From the NCBI GenBank assembly GCA_041548245.1, contig JBFESZ010000014.1:1-31698 (forward strand): a stretch of 31,698 nt of DNA, written 5' to 3'. The DNA comes from Sulfurimonadaceae bacterium (GTDB taxonomy: Bacteria > Campylobacterota > Campylobacteria > Campylobacterales > Sulfurimonadaceae). Shown one piece after another: positions 18,972 through 27,671 of the stretch; within the stretch, counting starts at the first letter, position 1, and every line of letters starts with the position of its first letter. A program made the translations under genes and the position numbers. The notes beneath the pieces were generated by a model. That model ran no database searches. It had not been told where the DNA came from and saw only the letters and a program-made list of their open reading frames with translations.

Positions 18972-20366
18972 ATGCTAAAGAAGATGAGTGAATGGCAAGA
19001 ACGCTATGTAGCAGCTGAGTGTTATGATGAGTTGATTCATCTATTTATCTCTGTGACCTATAAGTCAAGTGCCGCATACTTCTTTGGTACCCTTCTGTAT
19101 GCATGGTTCTTATATGATTATATTCCCTCTTCTATTTTGCTTCCCTGGACTGTTCTTCAGCTTTTCTATCCTATATTACGACTCTATATTGCCAATTATT
19201 ATATGAAGGTGACATTGACACAAGAGGTCAAAAAAAGATTTCAATACCTACACATGCTGATGGCTTTAAGTGCCGGTATTATGTGGGGTGCGGGAAGTAT
19301 ACTGTGTGTTATTTATGCTCCTTCGCCTTATGAATATATGGTCTTGATACTTATTGTCGGTCTAAGTGCGGGTTCACTGATCACACTGAGCCCTCTTTAT
19401 CCCGTCTATCTTGCCTTTAATTTACCGGTTTTGTCACTGTTGCTAATCTCTTTTTTGATTTATGCGGATACACTGCACTATGCGATCGCTTTTATGATTT
19501 TTATCTATATTGTCATTGTCCCTTCTGCAACCTGGGATGTCAATAAAAACGTCAAGCGGCTGGTAGAATTGAACCGGTTGTATCTTCAGGCACAATCAGA
19601 ACTTAAAGAGATGAATGCATCTTTGGAAAAGAGAGTCTTAAAAGAGGTTGCGGTCAATCGTCATAAAGACAAGCAGATGCTGGCGCAGTCTCGCCTTGCT
19701 CAGATGGGAGAGATGCTCTCTATGATTGCCCATCAGTGGCGGCAACCACTCTCGGCCATATCTGTCCTGACCGGGACGATAAGTGCAAAGATACAACTGG
19801 GAGATTGTGATAAATCTTTTATTGAAAAGAGTGTCCAAAGTATCAACACATATACCCAGTATCTCTCTGCGACGATTAATGACTTTAGAAACTTTTTCAA
19901 GTCAAATAAAGAAAAAATGCCGACAAGTCTCAATGATATCACCTTAGGCGCTTTACATATTATAGGAAGTTCACTGGAGAGTAAGGGAATAGTCGTCGAG
20001 ACTTATCTGGATGAAAAAATGATGTTCCACTCTTATCCGAATGAACTTCAGCAGGTATTGTTAAACTTATTGAAAAATGCACAAGATGAATTGATAGAGA
20101 AAAAAGTTCAAAATCCTAAGGTGGTCATTAAAACAGTAAATGATCAAGAGGAAGTTTCATTAATGGTCTGCGACAATGCCGGTGGAATTTCTAAGGAGAA
20201 TATGCCCTATGTCTTTGATCCCTATTTTACAACAAAAGAAGAAGTTGATGGAACGGGTCTTGGGTTATACATGTCTAAACTTATTGTTGAAGAGCATTGC
20301 AGAGGAAACCTCAGTGTCAAAAATGAGGGTGAAGGGGCGTGCTTCTCATTTACACTGCCTATATAG
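18972..20366 (+). CDS. Membrane sensor histidine kinase with about 6 transmembrane helices (orphan)
   Basis: H-box MIAHQWRQPL, N-box NLLKNA, DNAGGI, FDPYFTTK and GTGLGL; hydrophobic N-terminal 190 aa. Confidence 0.93.
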   Translation: MLKKMSEWQERYVAAECYDELIHLFISVTYKSSAAYFFGTLLYAWFLYDYIPSSILLPWTVLQLFYPILRLYIANYYMKVTLTQEVKKRFQYLHMLMALSAGIMWGAGSILCVIYAPSPYEYMVLILIVGLSAGSLITLSPLYPVYLAFNLPVLSLLLISFLIYADTLHYAIAFMIFIYIVIVPSATWDVNKNVKRLVELNRLYLQAQSELKEMNASLEKRVLKEVAVNRHKDKQMLAQSRLAQMGEMLSMIAHQWRQPLSAISVLTGTISAKIQLGDCDKSFIEKSVQSINTYTQYLSATINDFRNFFKSNKEKMPTSLNDITLGALHIIGSSLESKGIVVETYLDEKMMFHSYPNELQQVLLNLLKNAQDELIEKKVQNPKVVIKTVNDQEEVSLMVCDNAGGISKENMPYVFDPYFTTKEEVDGTGLGLYMSKLIVEEHCRGNLSVKNEGEGACFSFTLPI

Positions 20367-20418
20367 CTTAAGAGTTTTCTTAAAAAAATTGATCAGAGTT
20401 GTTGTTTATTATTTGGTT

Positions 20419-20427
20419 TGGTATAAT
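20419..20427 (+). promoter_or_regulatory. Extended -10 promoter TGgTATAAT for the rhodanese gene
   Basis: Consensus extended -10 about 30 nt upstream of ATG 20458; SD AAGGA. Confidence 0.65.
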
Positions 20428-20457
20428 TTCATCAAATTATTAAGATCAAGGAAAATT

Positions 20458-20796
20458 ATGAATATTTATCCAGATAAAGAGATGTTAGAAAAGTCAGATA
20501 TGAAAGTTGTTGATATCCGTACTCCTATGGAATGGCAGCAGACGGGTATTGTTCCGGGCTCTCATACGATTACTTTCTTTGATGAAATGGGAAATTATGA
20601 TGCTGTAGGCTTTTTAAAAGCTATGGATGCCCTTGGAGGAAAAGAGGCAGAAATAGGTCTTATCTGTCGTACAGGCTCACGTACATCACAAATAGCACAT
20701 TTTATGGCGCGAGAGGGTTATAATGTTAAAAACCTTGCCGGGGGCGTTATGAAGCTTATGGCTGAAGGGTATGAACTGGCACCATACAGACCTTAA
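20458..20796 (+). CDS. Single-domain rhodanese-like sulfurtransferase
   Basis: VDIRTPMEW, active-site loop CRTGSRT, NLAGG. Start at ATG 20458; the ORF-track extension to 20176 overlaps the kinase and the promoter. Confidence 0.9.
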   Translation: MNIYPDKEMLEKSDMKVVDIRTPMEWQQTGIVPGSHTITFFDEMGNYDAVGFLKAMDALGGKEAEIGLICRTGSRTSQIAHFMAREGYNVKNLAGGVMKLMAEGYELAPYRP

Positions 20797-20833
20797 TCGG
20801 CCAGGAAAAGGTTAGAAATAGATTTCTTCTCAT

Positions 20834-20974
20834 TTAATGGGTTTGTATATGACCCTGATCTTGCGAGATAGAGATACTCGCATTGATCTCCTCATAAGGC
20901 TGGGCCTCTTCACTGCAGGCTGTTAAGAGCAGAGCTAAGAGGCCTGAAGCTATTAAGATAATAAACAGTTTCAT
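20834..20974 (-). CDS. Small (46 aa) lipoprotein, absent from the ORF track
   Basis: Translates MKLFIILIASGLLALLLTACSEEAQPYEEINASISISQDQGHIQTH*; lipobox LTAC; ATGA overlap with the upstream gene stop. Confidence 0.75.
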   Translation of the reverse strand: MKLFIILIASGLLALLLTACSEEAQPYEEINASISISQDQGHIQTH

Positions 20975-21408
20975 GGAATGTACTCACTTTTTATTCGTTC
21001 TAAAAACTCAATAATACGTAGTTGGTATGTAGAAGTGTCCTCATCGACCGTGCATTCACTTAAGGGAAGTAGTTGCTCTGGTGAAATTTTTAAAGCATAT
21101 CGCGGAATGAGACGGAGCTCTTTACGAATATCATCAATGAGATCATCAATAGTAAGACCATTTTTCTTATGGACCTTTTGCACATACTCACGCGTCGTTA
21201 ATAAGAGCATATTGGCTCGGCCTATTTCATTATAAATCTGCATACCAGCCTCATACACAAGGTTATAATCACATTCGGCAGGATGACGGTTGGCAGCGAT
21301 GATAACGGCAAAAGTCTTGGCACGGAACTCTAAAGAGCTGTGATGATAGACAAAGACTTCTCTCAGCCCAGTATAAAGATAGTGTTTTATGTTAGAAATA
21401 ATTTTCAT
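20971..21408 (-). CDS. Hypothetical protein
   Basis: 145-aa ORF filling the gap, with a -10 box upstream and a coupled downstream ORF. Confidence 0.8.
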   Translation of the reverse strand: MKIISNIKHYLYTGLREVFVYHHSSLEFRAKTFAVIIAANRHPAECDYNLVYEAGMQIYNEIGRANMLLLTTREYVQKVHKKNGLTIDDLIDDIRKELRLIPRYALKISPEQLLPLSECTVDEDTSTYQLRIIEFLERIKSEYIP

Positions 21409-21434
21409 GCATATCTGCTTTTATATGATAACTG

Positions 21435-21446
21435 TATAATTATATC
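21435..21446. promoter_or_regulatory. Bidirectional promoter with overlapping -10 boxes (TATAATTATA)
   Basis: Plus-strand TATAAT at 21435-21440; minus-strand TGaTATAAT with hexamer at 21444-21439; lies between divergent genes. Confidence 0.6.
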
Positions 21447-21467
21447 ACTAAAAACCGAAGGCAAAGC

Positions 21468-22373
21468 GTGAAAACAAAAGTTTATAACCTTTTAGTTTTA
21501 CTGATCGTATTATTACTGTTGACATCCTGTGCACAACCGCATTCCCTACAGCATGAGACCGGTTTTAAGACAGAAGGGATGATCTATTCACTGAAAGAGG
21601 CCAGAGTGATCTCTAAAGAGAACCTGATAAAAGAACTGGCTGAGTATCCCGTGATATTTTTAGGGGACTTCCACAGTAGTGATTTTGTACATCGCTTTAG
21701 TGCTGATCTGATCGAAGCATTAGGGAAAGAGTACAGAGTACACCTGGCAAATGAGTGGTTTAGCCCTGATCAAAATGAACAGCTATCTTTTTTCCTTGAG
21801 AAAAAATTGGATAAAAACGAGTTTCTCAAAAAGGTAGGATGGAAAGAACGAATCGGTTATCAATATGAGAGTTTTGAGTCTATCTACACAAAGCTCCAAA
21901 GTGTCAAAGGAGAGATGTACGGAATCAATCTTAGCGAAGAGGAACGCAGCCGAATATCCTTGTTGCAGACGGAGCAGATGAATGAGGATGAAAGACGTTT
22001 CTATGAGAGTCTGGATATGGATGTGACTATCCATCAAAAGATGGTCCGACCTTATTTAAGCCATTGTCATGCCCCGCTTAAAGATGAAGATGAACAGAAG
22101 TGTATAGAAAGAATGTACCGGGTCCAAGTTGCATGGGATGAGAAGATGGGACAGGAGAGTGCGTTGTTGGCCAAGAATGTACTTCAAGGTCCCAAAGACA
22201 AATTGATTGTATTTATAGGGGCGATGCACCTTAGTTCAGGGCTTGGTGCCAACATGCGCTTTGCCCGTTATTCGCATAAACCATTTGTAACGATACTTCC
22301 CTGTGTTAAGCGCAGAGTTGAACAGGGATTGGCTGATTATCTTTACTATGTTGATCCATTAAAAGTGGAGTAG
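21468..22373 (+). CDS. ChaN-family (PhuW-like) lipoprotein
   Basis: Lipobox LTSC, VIFLGDFH, LANEWF, Q.AWDEKM and IGAMH motifs; GTG start. Confidence 0.82.
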   Translation: MKTKVYNLLVLLIVLLLLTSCAQPHSLQHETGFKTEGMIYSLKEARVISKENLIKELAEYPVIFLGDFHSSDFVHRFSADLIEALGKEYRVHLANEWFSPDQNEQLSFFLEKKLDKNEFLKKVGWKERIGYQYESFESIYTKLQSVKGEMYGINLSEEERSRISLLQTEQMNEDERRFYESLDMDVTIHQKMVRPYLSHCHAPLKDEDEQKCIERMYRVQVAWDEKMGQESALLAKNVLQGPKDKLIVFIGAMHLSSGLGANMRFARYSHKPFVTILPCVKRRVEQGLADYLYYVDPLKVE

Positions 22374-22448
22374 TTCGTAAGACCATTAGGGTTTGTTTTA
22401 AAAATGTTTCTTGATTAAGCTCATACAGTATTAAAAAAAGTTATCTTT

Positions 22449-23606
22449 ATGGTTATGAAGTTCATAATCCTCCTTCTCTTGATAAGCCCAGGGCTATTGA
22501 AAGCCTTCGACGATATCAACAGTTCTGTCGAAAGCGAGCCAAGCTATATTGATATCACCCATAAGGCAATAGATCTTAAAGTACGCCAATGGGGTGTGAG
22601 TATAGACAGCGCTGTTTTAGGCATATACGACTTTTTCGGAAGTCCTTCCGACGAGAACCTTAGTCTTTTACTCGATAAGAATACGACGGATACCAATAGT
22701 AGTCTTTTCATGAGTATACACATGGATGATACCAATGTGACAGATACCAATCAAAGTTTAACCGAAGAGGGGACACCTCAAGAGAAGTCTTCTGAGCGTG
22801 AGATTGTGGACGAGTTTTTCTTGACACGCAAGCTTTTAGAAGAGCGTGATGAGTCTTACGTCCGTGTTAGTTATATTCATAAGGTCAATTCACTCGAAGA
22901 AGAAGGAAATGACTTGACCTTACGTGCGAGATTGGGATTGGGACGGAGTAAAAAACGTTTGAAACTTTTTATTGAGGATCTTAAAGATGATAGTGCGAAG
23001 AACATCGGTAAATCATCAGAAGAGAACGCTCCATCGATAGGGGTGGAAGCATTTGATAAAAAACGATTTGGGATCAAACCGCGCTATTCGATCGGGTTTA
23101 GAGGGATTGATCCCTTTGCGAGAGCACGTTTTAGTTATCACACGGATCTTGGACGATGGCATCTTGAACCGATTCAGACCTTTACATATTCACTTGAAGA
23201 TGAGTTTTCAGAGATAAGCGAACTTTTCTTAGATACTCAGATGAGTAAGCGTACACTGCTTCGTTTTGTTCTGGACAGAGGAACAAAGTCCCATGTCAAA
23301 GGTATGCATTATGATGGGTTTGTCCAATACTTTTGGACACCAAGAAAACACAGGGCATTAAGTTTTAACCTTGGTTTCAACGGAAGCACAAAGTATGAAA
23401 ATACGATTCTTAATACTACTCCTGCTGTCGTAAGAAAAGAAAACAGGATTTTTAATTACCTCTTTCTTATGCGATGGAGAGAGAACTTTTGGAAAGAGTG
23501 GCTTTTTTATGAGATCGGCCCGGGGATAAATTGGCATGAGATACATGATTATCAGCCCAATTATAACATCTACTTTCGAATTGACATGTTCTTCGGTCAT
23601 GTCTAA
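22449..23606 (+). CDS. Hypothetical exported protein, probable outer-membrane beta-barrel
   Basis: Signal peptide, low-complexity N-terminal region, alternating aromatic/hydrophobic strands ending YFRIDMFFGHV. Start is ATG 22449 or 22455. Confidence 0.75.
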   Translation: MVMKFIILLLLISPGLLKAFDDINSSVESEPSYIDITHKAIDLKVRQWGVSIDSAVLGIYDFFGSPSDENLSLLLDKNTTDTNSSLFMSIHMDDTNVTDTNQSLTEEGTPQEKSSEREIVDEFFLTRKLLEERDESYVRVSYIHKVNSLEEEGNDLTLRARLGLGRSKKRLKLFIEDLKDDSAKNIGKSSEENAPSIGVEAFDKKRFGIKPRYSIGFRGIDPFARARFSYHTDLGRWHLEPIQTFTYSLEDEFSEISELFLDTQMSKRTLLRFVLDRGTKSHVKGMHYDGFVQYFWTPRKHRALSFNLGFNGSTKYENTILNTTPAVVRKENRIFNYLFLMRWRENFWKEWLFYEIGPGINWHEIHDYQPNYNIYFRIDMFFGHV

Positions 23607-23613
23607 TTGTCAA

Positions 23614-24561
23614 TCATCCCAGTAAAGCCAATGCTTTGTGATCCGCACTAGAGAGTGCAAGTTTCTTAATCTCTTGCAGACTGAACCATTCGTGTTCTTG
23701 GATATAATGATTGTGAAGATGAACCTGTGCGTGAAGTTTAAAATGAGAATAGGTGTGTGTGATTTCCCCTAATGTCTTGGTAACAGTGATTTCTTCATCG
23801 TTTGTATATTCACTGAATCCCCATAAACCGTGTAAAAAACGTGTCTCTCTCTGTTTTAATGCAAATTTTCCTTTATAGTGATGAATGACAATATGTTTTT
23901 TACGAATGGGAGTCTCTTTTTTAGTTCTCTTGTGAGGATATGAAAGAGGATCTGTTGCTCCCTGGCAAATATCCTTAAAAGGACATAGGTCACAGAGTGC
24001 AAGCTTCCCGGTGCATATACTAGCACCTAAGTCCATCATTGCCTGATTAAAGTCATAAGGACGTGAAGCATCAAAAAAATCATAAGCTTTTTGCCAAAGT
24101 TCTCTGTCGGTTGCTTTTTTGAGTGCGAACAGACGATAAAGAATACGCTTTACATTAGCATCCATAATAGGCACAGGTGTCTTATAGGCAAAAGCAGCTA
24201 TCGCATGGGCAGTACTTTGACCGATACCCGGTAGTTGAACCAGTTCGCTAACGGTAGCGGGCAGATGTGTCTGCAGGAGTTTCGCACTCTTGTGAAGGTT
24301 TTTCGCACGGGTATAGTAGCCCAGTCCTTCCCACATCTTAAGGACTTCATGTTCACTCGCACCAGCGAGACTATCAAGAGTAGGGAATTTCTCTATAAAC
24401 GGAAAGTAGAAACGCTCAAGGACCGTCTTTACTTGGGTCTGTTGAAGCATGATTTCACTGATCCAGATCTTATAAGCATCATCTATATTACGCCAGGGAA
24501 GGTCATGACGCCCATTCTTAAGGTACCATTGATAAAGTGAATTATGCGCTTTTTTATACAT
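23614..24561 (-). CDS. mutY: A/G-specific adenine glycosylase MutY
   Basis: LPWR, ISEIMLQQT, WEGLGYY, HhH LPGIG, DANVKR, Fe-S motif CTGKLALCDLCPFKDIC and HTYSHF; ATG 24561. Confidence 0.96.
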   Translation of the reverse strand: MYKKAHNSLYQWYLKNGRHDLPWRNIDDAYKIWISEIMLQQTQVKTVLERFYFPFIEKFPTLDSLAGASEHEVLKMWEGLGYYTRAKNLHKSAKLLQTHLPATVSELVQLPGIGQSTAHAIAAFAYKTPVPIMDANVKRILYRLFALKKATDRELWQKAYDFFDASRPYDFNQAMMDLGASICTGKLALCDLCPFKDICQGATDPLSYPHKRTKKETPIRKKHIVIHHYKGKFALKQRETRFLHGLWGFSEYTNDEEITVTKTLGEITHTYSHFKLHAQVHLHNHYIQEHEWFSLQEIKKLALSSADHKALALLG

Positions 24562-24563
24562 AC

Positions 24564-24610
24564 GAAAGTCTAACAAAATTCAATTTAAAGCCTCTCTTAG
24601 TTAGACTTTC
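24564..24610. promoter_or_regulatory. Divergent promoters forming an 11-bp inverted repeat (GTTAGACTTTC)
   Basis: GAAAGTCTAAC (24564-24574) and GTTAGACTTTC (24600-24610) each supply a -10 TAGACT just upstream of an ATG. Confidence 0.6.
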
Positions 24611-24614
24611 ACTT

Positions 24615-25193
24615 ATGAAATTTGTTCAAGATCACGTTAGGAACACCTTGGAGATAAAACAGTCTAAGTTTATTGCCCATCTGATCCCTTATAATTTGTA
24701 TGACAAGACACTGCAAGAGCTTAAAGAAGAGCATCCAAAAGCCCGTCATTTTGTGGTTGCCTGGCGGTATATCAATGAGTTTGATCAAGTGGTTGAACAC
24801 TGTAGTGATGATGGTGAGCCAAAAGGTACTTCGGGAAAACCGACTTTGGCGGTTCTTGCCGGCCATGAACTGATCAATACTGCGGTTATTATTGTCAGGT
24901 ACTTTGGAGGGACAAAGCTAGGTACCGGCGGTTTGGTGAGAGCATATTCGGATGCGTGCAATGCCGTTATTCAACAGAGCGAGCTTCTTTCTTATGTCAA
25001 ATTAAACGGTTATGTCTTTAGTGTGGCTTACAGCGATGTCAGTCTTGTTGAATACAGGTTAGGCCTCTTGAATATTGATGTAGTAACTAAAGAGTTTGAT
25101 GAAGAGGGAGCAGTTTTTAGCATTAATACACAGAAGAGGACGTGGGACTCTTTCTTTAATGAGAGTGAACGCATTATAAAAATGAAGCAATGA
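24615..25193 (+). CDS. YigZ/IMPACT family protein
   Basis: IKQSKFIA, HPKARH, SDDGEPKGTSG and VRYFGGTKLGTGGLVRAY motifs; ATG 24615. Confidence 0.93.
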   Translation: MKFVQDHVRNTLEIKQSKFIAHLIPYNLYDKTLQELKEEHPKARHFVVAWRYINEFDQVVEHCSDDGEPKGTSGKPTLAVLAGHELINTAVIIVRYFGGTKLGTGGLVRAYSDACNAVIQQSELLSYVKLNGYVFSVAYSDVSLVEYRLGLLNIDVVTKEFDEEGAVFSINTQKRTWDSFFNESERIIKMKQ

Positions 25194-25232
25194 TCGTCAA
25201 AAAAGTGCTTTTATCCATTATCTTTATGGGGT

Positions 25233-25255
25233 TTTAAGTAAAGCTTAACTAAAAT
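25233..25255 (+). promoter_or_regulatory. Putative rpmH-operon promoter
   Basis: TTTAAG-N11-TAAAAT; SD AAGGA before ATG 25287. Confidence 0.55.
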
Positions 25256-25286
25256 TGCACGATTAAAATAATAGAAGGACGCTTAC

Positions 25287-25421
25287 ATGAAACGTACTTA
25301 TCAACCGCATAATACACCTCGTAAACGTACACACGGTTTTCGTGCACGTATGGCTACAAAAAACGGTCGTAGAGTAATTAATAGACGCCGCGCAAAAGGG
25401 CGTAAGAGTTTAACTGTATAA
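25287..25421 (+). CDS. rpmH: 50S ribosomal protein L34 (absent from the ORF track)
   Basis: Translates [44 protein letters not shown]. Confidence 0.99.
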   Translation: MKRTYQPHNTPRKRTHGFRARMATKNGRRVINRRRAKGRKSLTV

Positions 25422-25435
25422 ACCGCTTTGAGAGA

Positions 25436-25753
25436 TTGAAACTTCCCAAAGAGTTTCAGCTGGTTTATAAAAGGGGAAAGGCAGCTCATGCTAAGTCCTC
25501 CGTGCTTTTTTACCTAAAAGGTAAAGAATACAAAAAAGGTTTTACCGCTAGTAAAAAAGTCGGTAACGCTGTTTATAGAAATCGTGCAAAACGCCGCTTG
25601 CGTGCTTTATTTATGGAATTTACTTCACAAATGAACAGTGGTACATATATTCTCGTTGCAAAAGAACCTATCCGAAATACTTCATATGAAACCCTTAAAT
25701 CCGATTTTGAAAAAGCACTCAAGCGTGTTGGTGCCATAAAAGAAACCTCTTGA
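25436..25753 (+). CDS. rnpA: Ribonuclease P protein component
   Basis: GFTASKKVGNAVYRNRAKRRLR (RNR motif); follows rpmH; start uncertain. Confidence 0.95.
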   Translation: MKLPKEFQLVYKRGKAAHAKSSVLFYLKGKEYKKGFTASKKVGNAVYRNRAKRRLRALFMEFTSQMNSGTYILVAKEPIRNTSYETLKSDFEKALKRVGAIKETS

Positions 25754-26085
25754 TGATTCGCAAGCTCCTTCTAAAGTTGTTGGCTGTATACCAAAGGTTT
25801 TTTACTTTGATAGGATACGGCTCATGCCGATACTACCCAACTTGTTCCGAATATGCAAAATGGCAGTTTGAAAATAACTCCCTACCCACCGCTTTTTTCA
25901 AGTCCTTTTTGCGAATCTTACGATGCAACCAGTTATTTGCAGGTGGAATTGACTATCCTGTCGTTAACAAACTAAATTGTAAGATTAAAAAAGATAGAAT
26001 GGCACCTATTAAATATTGGTTTGTTCCCAAAGGGGACAAACAGTACTATATCATCAAAAATTTCTCTAAAGGTAAACCGTGTTAG
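25750..26085 (+). CDS. yidD: Membrane protein insertion efficiency factor YidD
   Basis: SCRYYPTCSEY and RILRCNQLFAGGIDYP motifs. Confidence 0.95.
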   Translation: MMIRKLLLKLLAVYQRFFTLIGYGSCRYYPTCSEYAKWQFENNSLPTAFFKSFLRILRCNQLFAGGIDYPVVNKLNCKIKKDRMAPIKYWFVPKGDKQYYIIKNFSKGKPC

Positions 26086-27668
26086 AAAAAATGACCTCAA
26101 GCCAGAGATTGATACTTGCATTTGCATTATCATTTCTTTTCTTCGTAGCTTATACAGCAATTTTCCCGCCAAAGCCAATGAACAATGAGCAAAATGCTAC
26201 TATTCAGAAAGATGCATTAACCGATGCAGGAGTTAACAAGACAAAAGAGGGTGTCACGCAATCTGTTGACTTGGGTCATGACACGAGCACAACAAGTGCA
26301 ACAAGATCAAATGATGTTGTATTAACAACATTGACAGGCCATAATTATGTTTTAAAAATAGATACACTTGGTAGAATTGAGCAAAAAGAGATGCTTGAAG
26401 AGAAGTTTGCCGACGAAGAGACAGGAAATGCGAAATTGGTCTCTGAAACAGGTGCTAAGCCTCTTTATATCCGTTTTGCAGACAAGGCTTTAAACCAAGA
26501 AGCAATCAGCACTCCTTATACATCAAATGTAAAAGAGGCAAGTCTGGTTGATGGGAGTGTCTCTGTCACATTGACGCAAAAACTGTCTCAATTAACTATT
26601 GTCAAAGAGTTGAAGTTTTACAGTGACGGGCATTATGATGTCAACATCAAACTTAGTGAGGATAAACGTTATTATGTCTATCTTGGTATGCATCCGACAT
26701 TCTCAGATAAACAGATGATGGCCGTTGAAGGGGTTATGGTCGATACAGGTGAACACTTGATCACGATTATCGAAGATGGTGATGCCGACACAATGACTTC
26801 ATACAACAATGTCAATCTAGTATCATCGTTTTCACAATATTTTGCATCTATTTTTTATGGTTTGGATAAAGATACCACGGTGAAAGTAGATCGTGACCGT
26901 GATGATAATCCGGTCGTCTTTGTTGAAGGTCTTCAAAATTTTGTTTTTAACGGATATATAGGACCGAAAGACTATAAGATATTGCATGCTATCAAGCCAG
27001 AGCTTATCAATGCGATTGAATATGGATGGTTTACTTTTGCTGCGGCACCGCTTTTTCAACTCTTGATGTTTCTGCATGATCTTGTAGGAAACTGGGGTTG
27101 GGCGATCGTTCTTTTAACAATCATTATCCGTATTGTCCTTTTCCCACTGACATTTAAAGGGATGATTTCTATGGCGAAACTCAAAGAAGTGTCACCTAAA
27201 GTAAAAGAGCTTCAGGCAAAATACAAAGGTGACCCACAGCGCATGAATGCCGCTGTAATGGCACTTTATAAGAAAGAAGGGGCAAATCCATTGGGTGGAT
27301 GTCTGCCACTTTTATTACAAATCCCTGTCTTTTTTGCAATTTATAGGGTATTATTAAATGCTGTAGAATTAAAAGGCGCAGAGTGGATGCTGTGGATCAC
27401 AGACTTGGCACATATGGACCCAACTTTTGTTTTACCGATTTTGATGGGTGCATCGATGTATTATCAGCAACGTATTACACCAAGTAACTTTACCGATCCA
27501 ATGCAAGAAAAGATATTCAGATTTTTACCGATTATTTTCACATTTTTCTTTGTAACATTCCCAGCAGGGCTCGTCCTTTACTGGTTAGTTAATAATATTT
27601 TCTCTATCGCCCAACAGTTCGTAGTAAATAATAGATTTCAAGCCATGAAAAAGGCTAAAGAGGTATAA
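26079..27668 (+). CDS. yidC: Membrane protein insertase YidC
   Basis: YIGPK, EYGWF, GNWGWAI, NPLGGCLPLLLQIP and PAGLVLYW motifs; GTG start. Confidence 0.98.
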   Translation: MLEKMTSSQRLILAFALSFLFFVAYTAIFPPKPMNNEQNATIQKDALTDAGVNKTKEGVTQSVDLGHDTSTTSATRSNDVVLTTLTGHNYVLKIDTLGRIEQKEMLEEKFADEETGNAKLVSETGAKPLYIRFADKALNQEAISTPYTSNVKEASLVDGSVSVTLTQKLSQLTIVKELKFYSDGHYDVNIKLSEDKRYYVYLGMHPTFSDKQMMAVEGVMVDTGEHLITIIEDGDADTMTSYNNVNLVSSFSQYFASIFYGLDKDTTVKVDRDRDDNPVVFVEGLQNFVFNGYIGPKDYKILHAIKPELINAIEYGWFTFAAAPLFQLLMFLHDLVGNWGWAIVLLTIIIRIVLFPLTFKGMISMAKLKEVSPKVKELQAKYKGDPQRMNAAVMALYKKEGANPLGGCLPLLLQIPVFFAIYRVLLNAVELKGAEWMLWITDLAHMDPTFVLPILMGASMYYQQRITPSNFTDPMQEKIFRFLPIIFTFFFVTFPAGLVLYWLVNNIFSIAQQFVVNNRFQAMKKAKEV

Positions 27669-27671
27669 ATT

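Noticed and set aside
20176..20457. N-terminal extension of the rhodanese ORF
   Set aside because: Overlaps the kinase gene and runs through a consensus promoter; ATG 20458 has a good SD.
20756..20833. 25-codon minus-strand ORF after the small lipoprotein
   Set aside because: Overlaps the rhodanese 3' end antisense and has no features; likely chance.
22056..22070. CH dipeptide in the ChaN-like protein as a heme c site
   Set aside because: The sequence is LSHCH, not CxxCH.
25194..25286. Possible oriC upstream of rpmH
   Set aside because: No dnaA is adjacent, the gap is under 100 nt, and there is only one imperfect DnaA-box-like sequence (TTATCCATT).
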